A stretch of 64,000 bases of DNA from Phallusia mammillata (taxonomy: Eukaryota), in assembly GCA_965637545.1 (NCBI GenBank), contig OZ281500.1:18662001-18726000 (forward strand), given 5' to 3'. The translations under genes were made by a program, and so were the position numbers. Within the stretch, counting starts at the first letter, position 1. Each line of letters begins with the position of its first letter. This document shows, piece after piece, positions 35,342 through 48,750 of this stretch. A model generated the notes under the pieces. It saw only the letters and a list, made by a program, of their open reading frames with translations. It had not been told where the DNA came from and did no database searches.

Positions 35342-38035
35342 TTTGCTTTTTAGCTTTTAGGAGTTAGCCAAACCTTGCTTTTAACAAATAAGTTAAACTC
35401 TGCAACTGCAAGTATTGACAATAATTACAATTGCTGCACTGCATAGGCATATTTTATATCAAGGAATTTCGCTGTTGGTTCTTACGTAAAGTAATTTCGT
35501 AATTTCGCTAAAGTCAGTTGCAAACGGTCATTTATGTTCTATGAAGTTTTTACGCTTATTGTCCTCTAAGCCCGTGGCAACGTCCATATCATTTTACTTC
35601 TAGCTTCCAGTGTGTCCATTCCAGGCGACGCTTGAAAGACCTGTTTTACATACAATTTTGAATGGAATTCCATCGCGGCTGCCATGTATTGTTCTAGTTG
35701 TTTACTTTTGTGTTCTTTTCAGGTGATTGAAAGCTCCCCTTGTTGCTATATGGTATCTTTTTGGATTTCATCTAAGCTATAGAACTCATATATACGTTCT
35801 CAGTGCTTTGCATTCATACATATATCGCCTAGGATTACCTCTTATATTTACGAATTTATTTTGATAATCTGTTGCGTGGTAATTAATGGGGTCGCTAGAA
35901 TTTTTTTCGGTGATCGTGGGTGCTGAAAAAACTGACCACATTCGACGACAGTTTTTTTCATATATATTGCTAACAAGCAATGCAAGTAATTTGTTCACCT
36001 TATACTGTCCAAATTACAAATTTGTCTACTAATTACAATTTGGCCTTTCCCAATCGCACAAGCACAAAGAAAAGACCCTCTGACATGGGCAGTGTAGTTA
36101 TTTGTGACACGATCAACCGCTGTAAGGCAAGTTAAGTCAGATACGTACATCCACTTTACTTTTCATTACAAGAAATTCCTGAACTCAAATTACCATGTAA
36201 AACAATTCCACCAGGGGTCGCCAGCTAGTTACCCCCAATGGTTATCATATTTTGTCTTTCGGTATTTCTTTCCATTAACATTTTATCATGACGTCCATTT
36301 AAACTTCCTTTGGATCAACCTACTTTTTTATTCCGTTATACTTTTGTCTCAATGTTTGTCTGCATGAACCAAAGAAGGTTAATGCGACGTTGCATAAAAC
36401 AGGTCTCATGTGTTCCATAGCAGTAAACTAAACGTTGTGTAATCTATACCTCGTTTATCAGTATGTGAGGTTTATTTGGGCAAGTGCATCTTGGTTCAAT
36501 GTTACACCGTACAGACGTGGTAAAATTTTTGGGATTTTGAAGTTTTGCGATAGATATTTGGATTGTGACGTTCCTTTTTCTACATTCGTTTTTTGTTAGC
36601 TTTTCTTCAATTTATATTTCTTGTTCATCACACGTGACAAAAGTTTTACTCTCCAGTTAAGCGAAATAAACTATAACCAAGGGAGATTATTTTCTGATGT
36701 ACTTATTGCTGCGTCCGGAAGCACTGGCGCTCGACAAACGATTTCAATTGCATATACTGACGTATCATACCTGAAACTTTCAGCACACTTTCATTACATC
36801 CACAAAAACTTGCATTATAATACACAGAGTGATTCAAATGTGCTCAAGTTTCCAGGTTTGATGTTTCCATGTTCTTCCCCAAACGTTATGTGTGTATTGG
36901 GTAGAAGTACAAAAGTAAAAAAAAGGTTCCATTCTATTTGGTTGTCAGTTTTATAAATCGTCCTATTGAAAAGCTTGACATATGAGTGTAGTGTTACGGA
37001 GGAACCCTTTGATCGTCTAATGAGGCAGTGAACCTGTTTAAGAGTTCAGATAGATCACGAGGAAATCCCCGCCGGGATAATGTTAAAAGTTTCTGCTCGG
37101 CCGCAACTTCAACAACGCAACCGAAACTAGCATGCTCTTGATTATGTCACAGACTGTTGGCGGTTTTGCGGCAAATGGTTGCCTTCAGACGCGTTCTGCT
37201 ATGCAAGCTGCGTGAAACCATGTTTGCAAAATGTTATGTATGGGTGTTTTTGCGGTGACTGAAGGTATTTTTCTACAAAATTGTTTTTTGGCCCGCTAGT
37301 TCTGTGGCTTCAGCATTGTTGGGGATTTTATTGCTCCTTTCTTTTAACCACGGCTATATTTCATGACAAAAATACTTTTCGAGATACACAACTATTTAAT
37401 AAACGAGTGCAATGAAAGACAATAGTTCTATTTGAAGTGCGTTTTTATTTGTTGTGTTTAGTGCGCAGTTTATAGTAAGTGATGTATAGACAGTTCGTGC
37501 TTGGGCAAAATCAGTTGGTTATAAAGCAAACAAAAAATTAATCTTCTTTTCAACCCTTTTTACAGCGCATAGGGCAAAAATCACCGGTCCATATTTACAT
37601 AAGCCGGGGAAATATATTTGTAAGGGTAAAGGGCATACAAAGATTCACGCTTGGTATATTTAACGAAATGCAATTAATATTTGATAGTGCGGAGTAGTTA
37701 TTTTAAATGTTACTTTTTAACACATAGTTGTCAGTGGGCTTAAAATTGGGGCCTAAACCCGGCCTGAACCAGATTTGTTTGAATCAAAGTTGGTGAAAAT
37801 ACTTCAAAAATGATCCCGGGTGCAAAGTCAGGCCCGAGTTAATGCCATTTCATTGAACTCAGCCTGAACCTGGCAGGAACCCGACCAAAAAAGCCCGGCC
37901 CGACTTACAACTCTGTTGCAGCAGTAATTTGACGCGTAAGTTCAAGCTTGGGTAGTTTTTTGTCTCGTTCGACCAGGCGTGAAGTTGACCTAGTTTCTCA
38001 TGTACGTTCATGTGCCACCTAAGTGTCTGCACGTG

Positions 38036-39548
38036 TCACTTTTCAACCGCTTTAAATTGAATCCGTTCACTGACAGTTGCAACCCTTGAACGAGAATTTT
38101 TTTCCTTTTGCGCATTTCCTGTTGCATTCTTTTTCGGTGATTCAGGTGTTGATGGCCGTGATGATAAAGGTTGCTGGTTTGCGTATAGTTCTTCGGTTGG
38201 CTCCGCTGGAATTTTCGTCGGTGCTGTTGACGAAGATGACCCGACAATTGGTGAACTTTGTTCTGGTAGTGGCGTGGTTTGATTTTGGCGATTGTCTGGC
38301 TTTGCTTTCGATGATTTAGATGGCTCTTCTAATTGTAATGACAAAGTCTTTGGTTCTATAGGTGGTGATTCTGGTTCTGATAGTTGGTCGGATGCCTCTG
38401 GCGATGAAATGCCTGCTTCTTGTTGTGGGGTCGATGTTTCGGGTGGTGGTATATCGTAGTGATGTTCTCCCGTTGATGCTTCTTTAGATGGTGATTCTGG
38501 TTCTGATGGTGACACGCCTGCCTCTGATGTTGGAATCTCAGGCTCCTCTTGTAGAGATGAAGTATCTGATGGTGGTGTTGGTGGTGGTAAATCGTATGGT
38601 TGCTCTGGCGTTGATGGTTCGTTGGATCGTTTTGATAGTTTAGCCACCAAACGTGGTGTTCTTGTTGTTGATAGCTGTGGCGATGGCGTTGGTAGAAAAC
38701 CTGGTGTATGGCGTCTTAGTGATGATGTCGATGGTGCACTGGACGTTTGCTGACGGGTCGCAGGTGTGTTTCTTGTTCCATCTACAACGACGCTGTCCAA
38801 AGGTGGTTGTTGTGTTCTTGGAGGTTCAATCTCCTCTTCTGCTTCGCAGCAGCATTGGGCGATCTTGTACAATATCACAAGGGGTAATGCAACCAAACAG
38901 CAAAGTGTCATGCAGATGCATTTCAGCGTTTCTCGGTCGCCTTTAAAATAAAACAACAATTTAGTTGTCACGAAAAGAACTAAATAACTAGGCATTATCT
39001 TATTTTTGAACATAATTGTCAGCGCGTTAATATTACTAGCCCGAAACCCGGCCCGAACCCGACCGTTTAGTCCGTTTGCTAAGAAAGTTTTCCGAAAAAA
39101 ATGTAATTCAAAATGAATGTTTTTTTTTCTTTATAAAATCGTCGCTGGAACCAGACCTAAACAGCTGGGCCTGACTCACTATATCTATACTTTACATAGA
39201 AAATATTAAAATTTGACATTCCAATGCTCGGATTTAACTTGACATTAGCTGTGTTAAGCAAGACCATTAAACATCGTTCTGACCCTATGCACTACTGCGG
39301 TTGCGAACAAATTTACCCACCCTCTTAAATGTGAAATTTCAATGAAACGTTCCGCCTAAATTGCTTTTGAGCAAAAAGGTCTACTGTGAGCGTAAACCGT
39401 GTAGTCATGCCCATAGAGAACGGTAGCGAAACAAACAACTACAATGTTTACGAGCAGATATCTCGCTTTAATTAAAATTTAAAGTGTCGGTCTTGCTTTC
39501 TTGAACACAATAAAATCAATAAACTTTACCTCGTCCACGAGCGCACAT
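38036..39548 (-). CDS. Array A gene A10: membrane protein with a long Pro/Glu/Ser/Thr-rich tail and Tyr motifs
   Basis: Exon 39548-39530 (MCARGR, G|GTAAAG) plus exon 38940-38036: GDRETLKCICMTLCCLVALPLVILYKIAQCCC...YDLPPP...YDIPPP...EELYAN...RVATVSERIQFKAVEK. Confidence 0.8.
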
Positions 39549-39622
39549 CGTTGAATTCTATTTTAGAAGAAATTACACCAGAATCAAAGCTAAATTTCTG
39601 AAATTTAATAGAAGGTTTAAGA

Positions 39623-40089
39623 CAGGGGTGCACAAACTTTTTGCCAAGACGGCCGCATCGCAGATCCTTATTTCACCAACGGCCGCCAATTACCTGCTTG
39701 TTTTTGTTTTAAATTTTATTGTGTGAAAATAGGGCTTGTCCCACTTATATAAACCATCTAATGGCGTACAAAAAGCCCGGATACGACCAGTCTGAGCTAT
39801 TTATGACGTCATAATCTATATTGTGACGCAAGAGGTGACTGTTTATTTGCATTGTTTGCATACAATAGGCGTATATAAAGTATGGTGCACAGGGGGTTAC
39901 TAGGCTGTTAATATTCTTTACAGTCTTACAAAATCTATTTAATACAGTTTGAAAGTCAAAATATTTAGCAAAAGAGTTTTTTTTACGTCACGGCCGCCAG
40001 TGCATATATTTTAATAAACATGTTCACGGCCGCACAAAATCGTCTATTCGGCCACATGCGGCCGTACGGCCGCAGGTTGTGCACCCCTG
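39623..40089. mobile_element. hAT-type MITE
   Basis: TIRs CAGGGGTGCACAA...TTGTGCACCCCTG; TSD GTTTAAGA/GTTTGAGA; subterminal CGGCCGC. Confidence 0.85.
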
Positions 40090-41305
40090 GTTTGAGATAA
40101 GATGGTGAATTGGTAAAAATCAACATAATGGTAAATGTTTTTCGAATAAATTTGCAAATAAAGAAACAAAACTAAACTTTTTTTGAAGACAAAACTCCTA
40201 CTGACCATATCAAAACCACGTACGTTAATAATAAACGTAATTTATATTACACAAACAATACACTAGCATATACAACTTAATTGTTTACAAAGATAATATG
40301 TTACTAATTCAAATAAATAGTTTTCAAAAAAAATAACTATTACAAATAACATGTAGTATTTTCAAACATTTTACATCTTCAAAGCCAAACAAAGTGAACC
40401 AAAACTTCTGTCAAACCTAGCAACTGCAAAATTTATTTATTCTGTCTGTTCTGCAAAGACTCAAACGCAAACACCAAATAGCGAGCATCCGATCAGCCGG
40501 ATGATTAAATACCTCTTCGGTGCTTTAGATTTTTTTGCCCCATTTAGATTTTTTCAGAGCGTTTATAACCTGAATGAAATCTCTTTTGTTTTATTAAAAC
40601 CACCAAAAAGTCCTTTTTTGTCCTGTTGAAACCTCGGACACAACATGTCTGAAACAGGTTCCCTTTGAAAATGCGCCGACGGACGCCCGAAAAACGTGTC
40701 TGGCACCTCGGAACGCTTTTAGGGTTTATTTGAACTGTGGAAGAAGCGGGATTTCCTATATTCTAGTGGCTTGTAAAAAAGGTAATAGCGAATATTGGAA
40801 ATGCCCAAGTCTATAGAGAGAGAAAAAAATTCCAGTCACCTAAGCCTCGTCAACCATGCATGAGCAACTATTTCACCATTCAACTTTACGATATGTTTTG
40901 TTAAAATTGCCCACAAAAGTTCGAAAAATTGTAGCCCGGCTGACTTAAGTAATTATACCGAATGGATGTTTATGGGCTTAGAATCGAATTTATCGTGATA
41001 CCATGTGTTATTTTGCGACGCTTGGTGTGGCCTATCATTTAGCTGTTATCGTCAAGTACCGCAAAATTCCCCTGAATCACTAGTGTTTGCACACCACCCA
41101 CACGTAATCTCTAGTTTCTAATGTCTGCAAACATGTTTACAGTAACTTTAACCGAAAATGAAACACAGCTGATATTAAACCGTCCGGACTGAAGATGAGT
41201 TTTAGCACGTTTCTACCAAATTTCACTGATAGCTTTTATTTTGTTTGCTTTTAATCGAATGATCTCAATGCATTTTTAAGATTTTCGTGTTTATTTGATT
41301 TAGTC

Positions 41306-41517
41306 CAGGGGTGCACAACCTTTTCGCTATGACGGCGCGCGGGCAATATATGTTTCCATCCTAGCAACATCCATTCAAACCATTTTAAAAGCTAAATGTC
41401 TAGCAAAATAGTTTTAATCAATTCACGGCGGCCGGCAGTACGTGTATTTTAATACACGTGTTCACGGCTGCATAAGTTTATCTTCGTGGCCGTATGACCG
41501 CAGGTTGTGCACCCCTG
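41306..41517. mobile_element. Shorter member of the 39623-40089 MITE family
   Basis: Same TIRs and shared right-end sequence (TGTTCACGGC.GCA...CCGCAGGTTGTGCACCCCTG); TSD degenerate. Confidence 0.75.
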
Positions 41518-43939
41518 ATCTGATGTATTCCCACCGGTTGTATGCCAGAGCACGAAAGCATAGAACCGATCTTTTTTGTTAAACTTCAATGCTTGTTAGG
41601 TGACATAGTATGATAACTCACATAAATGGCGTAATTTAACGTATAACTTATGACATATTTAAACTTATTTTCACACAATGGTACTTAGACTGGATAGTGA
41701 CTCTGCAAAGGCTCAATTAACTAACCACCAAGACTCCAAACAAACTAAGTAAGGTACTCGTTATGACTTGTAAATCGCGTACAAAAAGGAACTGCTTAAC
41801 AGTGACATTTTTCATATACTCACGTTATTCAACTGTTTTAAATCAGGAAAAGTTAAACACTTCAACTGCTTACTGTTTTTTGCGTTTTATTGAGGCACAA
41901 ACCCAGCTTTCTTTTCTTAAATGCATTTCTGTAGCTTTCTTGCTGTAACTTCGCCCCATGCTCAACACTCTATTCAAGTCGAATCAATTCAATATTCAAA
42001 TCTTTTACAATGGTTGTATAAAACATGCGGTGCAAAACTAAATTTCCACCAAACGTGAATCAGACAAAGTTCCACCATCCACCTGGATTGGTTGGTTTTA
42101 AATTACGACCCAGTAACGAGTTTCCTAATTTCGAATGCGAACGTACATTTCAAATGGAACAAAAGAGAATTGAAACCTTGCTCCCAGACATGTTGTAACA
42201 GATAGGTCACGCGAGGGTTGGGAAAGTCCTTAATGCGCGCGGTATTTTGGGAAAACACGCCATGGGGGCTTGACTATACAACCACAGTTGCCAAGTATAC
42301 TTGAATATGTGTTTACCTAAACACGTGATATGAAGTAGGGATTTTTTGTTGCGTTGAATTTCAGCATAGCAGATTATTACATCTACACCAGGGGCGACTT
42401 TGATGGCAGCACTGCGAGGTCCCGTTCCTCTTTGCGAGGAATTTGCTCCCGGGTCACGCAGAAATCAGTGCAACGTTTAAGCATGACTTTGGTTGATATG
42501 ACCCATAGGTGGCAAAACCGCTAATATCCTACTAAATCTGCTTCATGATGACTGATGAGACCTGTCTGTTAAAAAATGCCTAACCTAAATGGAAAGTTAG
42601 CCGACCCCTTGTAGGGTTTAGACCAGCACATTTCAACATGGGTATACGGTGGACCCCAGGGTGCACCATAACTGTCAGAGGGGTGCATTGGTACTTGGTG
42701 GTACATAGAGTTTTATCGCAAAAATGCTTTAATGTAAGTAATATGCAATCCTGTAGGCCTACATGCAAAAGTTTTTTGAATATACCGCACTTTAAAACAG
42801 CTTCCTTCTGAAAAGTATCAGGTCTATTCCTTGCGTAACTAATCATTTTATGTCTGTAAACTGGCTAAAAGCTATAATTATTACATCAATCTCAAGAGTG
42901 CATATGATTGCAGCATTGGTTCTGAAAGGTACACGAGGGAAAAAGGGGGGAAAGCGCACTCTGGTCTAGACAACTGCATATATATGCATGCAGTTTTGTC
43001 TTTAGTGATCAAGCGTTGTGGGCATGGTACATAAATTATGCTTCTTGCTATGGAGAGAAGCACACCATCCCACAAACCACAGCGAGCTACTAATGACTGA
43101 TGAATCTTACAAAACATTGAACGAAAATGGGCTTTTAAATATCCGCGAACGATAGGTCTACACCGGGCCTTACCCATCAACCTCTGTCGGTTGCTTTTCT
43201 CCTGCTATAGTTTCGGCATTTGCTTTGTCTTTGCACCCGGCGCCGTAATTTAATCCTAATCAGCTTGGGTAACGAAGCAAAACCGAAACAAACTGTTTTT
43301 TGCGTTTAACGTCAATGCAAATAACTTTGCATATAAAACAATTTTTTTATCGAATTCCAAATTTTTAGATTTTAGGTTGCCTAAATACGGTTTGAGATTT
43401 ATGGTTGGTAATCTATTAGTGTTAAGTTAAACAAAATCGCCTATTATAGTAAATGACGCCTACTCAATGGTAGAGCTCCCAACACCATAACTCACGTCGA
43501 CCCACATTTGGCCAAATTTCAATAGTTAGCGTAAAGAGCTAAATTAATAACTAGAAGGGGGTAGGTTTAGAAAGTATAAGTTTTATTTATGTTTTAATGA
43601 TAATACCTAACCCCAACCTAATGGCCCTAACTGTAGGCATATTTGGAGACATACCGTTTTCAATAGGATTTGTGCTTTTTGCGCCACCTATCGAAATTTA
43701 GCTAAATGTGCGGCTGACTTGAGTTTTGGTGTAGATTTTTCCTACCCAATGTTTACGGTTGGATGCGAATTTATGCGGAGCCGGGTCTTTTTGTTTTTAC
43801 CTCCGTGCTATACAAAATGCTTTAGTAATCCATCCAAATTACCTTCCAGCGACTTGCCGTTACGTTTTACAAACAGTTTTTCATTAAGTCGTGAGGGTCT
43901 TAGCGGTAGTCATTCAAATCGTTTTGACACAGTCTAGAC

Positions 43940-44250
43940 CAGGGGTCTGTAACTCCTGGCACGAGTGCCAAGGTTGGCACGTGAGGGGATTTTTCATGGC
44001 ACGCAAACCGATTTGCGTGTTTATATTGAAGTACGAATTTAACATGTTACGCTGTTTGTTTTCAGTTGTTTGTCATGTTATTGTCTCAAAATCCAGCTTA
44101 CATGCACAAAACACTCTGCTTTCTGTTTACTATTGATATCAGTTGGCACAAATCACTATTACGCACAAAAATGTTGGCACGCCAAGTCATTACCACATGG
44201 AAATAACAAGTAAATCGGCACGCGCCGCTTTAAAGGTTTGTCGACCCCTG
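43940..44250. mobile_element. hAT-type MITE (TGGCACG-rich family)
   Basis: CAGGGGTC...GACCCCTG; TSD GTCTAGAC/GTTTAGAT; colinear with 47649-47963. Confidence 0.85.
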
Positions 44251-46908
44251 GTTTAGATACATCATAACTTCCATAACTGTACGGTAACATTCCACTTAAT
44301 ATATCTATAGCAGCGTTCAGTGTTCAACTTGTGCGGTCTGTTATTATTCACAACTCACCACAAAACAACAAACAAATCATTTACTGTCCTATATTGTAAA
44401 AATTATACTACTAAAATATGTCTTCTCAAAGTCTTCTTTGTTGCCTGATGCGACGAGTTCGTTGCAAGTTTTAAATTTCGTAGCCACCGTTTCGTGCCAA
44501 CAAACTCTTCTATTTCCCGTTGTAACCTGTTCGGCATAGCTGAAAGTTGGTAAGGCGTACTGGCGCAATTTGGTACTATAGGCAATTAGGTTAGGTGCTG
44601 ACCAAATTCCTACGTACAGGGCTTTTAACGGCCAGCCACAAAAAGTTGTCCTAATTTTTTGAATTTACGAGATAAAAAGATGCGTTTGTTGAAAAAATCG
44701 TGTAACAAATCATTAAACGGTAACTTTTTTTGTTTTATTTTGGTGATTTTTGGCCCGTTTGCGAATTTTCTTTTCACATTTATTGCTTGCGGTCAAAAAT
44801 GTTTTGTTTTGTTTTGATATAACTGCCTGATTTAATTTATCTTTCATACTTTTGCTTTTATTCCGGTTTTCCATAATGCCCCCTTTTTTCACCCTTTTTC
44901 ATAACCTCTAGGCTTCAGGCATATCGTCTCCAATCAACTTTAAAGTACTTTACTTTGGGTACAAGCAAAGTCTGCCCCTGCTGCTGTATCATATACTCGT
45001 ATTTTTGACACTGTTTTTACGTCGAAATGCAATTTAAGCTTTTTATCTCGAGTTTTTGAAAAAGGCTACCCGTTCTCGAGGTCAACTAAAATCAGACTCT
45101 CGTGCCTATTAATTAGCTATTAATTATCGCATGCAATAATTTTTGGCGGTCATGTAGTTGGGCGTCACACATCGTTTCACTTGAACTGCAAAACAACTTG
45201 CTACAAAGGCTGCTGAGTATCAATGGTTGTCTGACACGGATGTCACTCCAACTAAATGCCATCTTTGTCCCAAGACAACTAAAGGTTTTTTTAATAAGTT
45301 TTTTTTTCTGTGGCCAAGTCGGGGGAAAAACGTTGGCGGATCTCTGTAGGATTATGCTCTGTTTATTTTGTTTTTGTTTTGACTGCCATCGCGTCTTTGT
45401 TGTGAAAGTCACGAAAACGTTTTAAATATTAGTTGTGTTGTTTTAGCACTGTTATGTGGTTCATATTGTCACATGGAGGCCAAACCTATAAAATTATTGT
45501 TCACCCTTTTAGTTGCGTAGGCATGATTTGCATTCAATGTGTTTCTAAAAAGTCGGCCGATGTTGTTTTTGGTGTGGTGTCAAGTGACCGTGTGGTTTTG
45601 CGGTTTCGTAACTCACATTGTCGAAACGAGACTTTTATGTAACAAGGAGAAATTCACAGTTTTGAAATGTAATGAGGCAAAGTTTTTGTGCGTTTTTGAC
45701 TTTTCACAAGGTTGCCACGCTGGTTAGAAGTACTTTATAGGTAAGCTTCGACCTATATGTTGCCATCAGTGTAGTTGGTAAAATGACTTTGACCGAGTTG
45801 GTAAGAGTAACCACATTAAGACGCTCCCGTGTTTCAGTAGAAACAGTATATCGAAACAGTGTTCACTATTTGCAACTTGCTTATCATGTAATGGCTTTAT
45901 GCTTTTACGTATTTCATCATTATTGAAAACAGTGCACGCACATTTGTTGGACACTTTTAAAGCAACTTACTTCAATCAACTGAACAGACAGCGTTTTAAC
46001 ATATGCCTAACAAGCTGACGCGTATATGTCATTGTAACCTTATTGATCAAAACAAGTCCACCTACTCTTTGCTATTGCTACATGCTTTTTGTTGACTATC
46101 TATCGATTTCAAGCGAACTGACTTGATGTGTATGTTTTCTGTAAACTCGAACCATATTGCATGTTTGTTGTTTACTGTATTTTGCGAATCGAAAGCTAAA
46201 CAACACACAGTTGCAGTGGTAGGTTATATTTGTGTAATGTGAGGTTTGGAAATAAATAGTGCGGGTAAAGAATACAAACAATAAATACCTTAAAAACTAC
46301 CAAAAACACGTTGATAAAATTGTCAAACAAACTGAGCTGTTGGCCTTGTATTGGTTTTGTCTTGATTCAAGATGATTTATGAACGATTGTAATGCATTTA
46401 CTACATTTTGTGAACAGTTTTTGCACAACTTTTGAAAAAGCATGACTTAGCTACGTTTCCGTAACGTTTGCTCTTTATCATGTAAGTTAAAAGCAAAATT
46501 GGAAGTTTTTTCAGCTTTCCCAAACAAAATAGCAATGACTTAATTATCAAAAACAGGTAAATCTTCTAAACACAAAACTAGATTACATCTTAAAGCAATA
46601 CATCTTAGTTATGTATACATGACCAAAAGTTAACTACACACCTTTGTACAATAGAAAGTTGTTAATAGACGATACATTACGGTTGTCAGCAGAGCTACAC
46701 ATATTACATTTTTTTTCATGCAGTATGCAAATCAAGTTAAAAAAATCACATCAAATAGTATTTGTTTTTAAAAGGTAAAAGGAAAAACGTTATCATAGAT
46801 AACTGGGTCTAAATTTATTTAATTTAGTACAATGATTTCGAAAATATAATTTGATTGCTGAGCACTGTAAGGCAATAGATACGGTAATGACATGCCTGGA
46901 TTGTTCGA

Positions 46909-47402
46909 CTAGTATGCGGGTATCGCCATGCCACTTCTTACGTTCCGGCGAGCCACACAAAGTTTAGTTATTCCGCCCACTAACAAAATCAGACCGCTGC
47001 CTGATAGAGATGCCCCAATGATGATGGAAATAAACAACAACACTAATATTCCGACCACCAAGCAAATGCCACCAATGACAGTGAGAGCAATTATTTTTTT
47101 TCGGTGTTGTTGCGCTGCAACAGAAAAACTCTTGTAAGGTTTCTACATTTATCAGTAAAAAAAGTTATGTGAATGGCATTTCACTGATGTTTTTTAAACT
47201 AATGATTCCGTTACCGTTTTTTGTTAGTCCGCGAACTAAACTTATAACAAGGTTATAACTTATAACAAGGCAAAAATAAAGAGTTTCGAATACACTAAAA
47301 ATGATTTTCTTACAAAGATAGCCTATGTAACTTACTATAAAATGGAACGATAGGTACTGGGTTGCTTGGTTCCACAACGACCGGTGGGGTTTGTTGAGCC
47401 AT
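46909..47402 (-). CDS. Array B gene B1: small Gly-rich two-TM protein (coding frame missed by the ORF track)
   Basis: Exon 47402-47336 (MAQQTPPVVVEPSNPVPIVPFY, A|GTAAG, phase 1) plus exon 47114-46909 (TTTTCTGTTGCAG): TQQHRKKIIALTVIGGICLVVGILVLLFISIIIGASLSGSGLILLVGGITKLCVARRNVRSGMAIPAY. Confidence 0.85.
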
Positions 47403-47648
47403 CGTATTTGTTGAAGAAGGTACAAAATTTTCCTTCAAAAATTACTCAAAGTCTGTTATTTCGCAAAAAAGGCTTCGGCAGCAAAAAAATAAATAAATAA
47501 AAAGTAGACCCCTATTCTATGACTGTAAAAGTAATCATTTCTGTACATTATAGTTTTTTTTAAAACTATTTATTACTAATTCGTGAGGGTCTTAGCCATA
47601 CTCATTTAAAATTGTTTCATCTAAATCATACCCTCTATTACTGTACTG

Positions 47649-47963
47649 CAGGGGTCGGCAACCCCTGGCACGCGTGCCAAGGTCGGCACGCTAGGTGGTT
47701 TTTCATGGCACGCCAAATTTGCGTGTTTATATTAAAGTTACAATTTAACCTGTTGCAGTGGTTGTTTATAGTTTTTATCATGCCACTGTCCTAAAATTCA
47801 GCCTTACATGCACAAAACACTCTGCTTGCTCTTTATTATTGACATCTGCTGCCACGAACCACTATTATTTTGAAAAAAAAAACGTTGGCACACGAGGTCA
47901 ATAATAACAAACGAAAACCACAAGTAAATTGGCACGAGTCGCTTTAAAGGTTGCCGACCTCTG
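47649..47963. mobile_element. hAT-type MITE (same family as 43940-44250)
   Basis: TIRs CAGGGGTCGGCAACC...GGTTGCCGACCTCTG; TSD CTGTACTG/CTGTACGG. Confidence 0.85.
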
Positions 47964-48750
47964 CTGTACGGTAACATTTTCCTATTGTATCTATATATCA
48001 GCGTTCAGTGTTTTTGTTTGTCTGTTCTTTTTACAACTCACCAATAAGCAACAAACAAAGTATTTATTGTCGTGGTTTCATATCACTAAAACATGACTTC
48101 TCAAACTCTTCTTTATGGTCTGATTGCGCTGAGTTCGTTGCCAGTTTCAAGTTTTGCAGAGTCAGTTTCGTGGCAACTAACTTGTACTTTTCCGTTCTAA
48201 CGTGTTCGACATAGCTGAATGTTGGTGAAGCGTACTGGTCCACTTTTGTCATGTAGGCAATCCATTGTTTATAAAATTTCTAAACTTGTATAACGAATGA
48301 ATTCTTTATAGTTAAACGACAACTCTTCTTTTTCTGTCGAATTTTGTAAATTTTAGTCTTTTTGCGATTTTTCTTTTTTGCATTTTTTACCTGCGGTCAG
48401 AAGTATTTTTATTGTTTCGATATAATTGTCTGATTTAATTTGTGTTTTAGGCTTTCACTATTGCCTTATTTCGGTTTCCAGTGTAAACAAAGATCGCTGC
48501 AAAACGTTTGCGCAGCCCTGAAATAGACTCCAAACAGCTGTTTGCAAATTAACCAAGCGTAAAAAACATTTTACCAAAACTAGAAAAAAAATCGTTTTGT
48601 TCTAAATTTTTACTTTCTGCTAATTATAGTTAATTTTTTTCAAATACTAAACTGTTATTTTTTGTCGAATAAAGTCACTAAGCATAAGCTATTTACCGCA
48701 CCTCAGAAAAAAAACGCACTAATATGATTTCTGTGGCTGTTTTATACAGA

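Noticed and set aside
37061-37070. NF-kB-like site GGAAATCCCC (similar sites at ~15912 and ~40748)
   Set aside because: Isolated, not at equivalent positions across paralogs, and expected by chance in 64 kb.
4862-39548. Assigning array A to caveolin, CYSTM, Shisa/WBP1 or LAT-like families
   Set aside because: Only compositional or architectural analogy; no diagnostic signature was recognisable by eye, so no gene symbols are given.
40100-43880. Possible genes between arrays A and B
   Set aside because: Only short ORFs with no motifs, paralogy or consistent splice phase; no feature could be supported.
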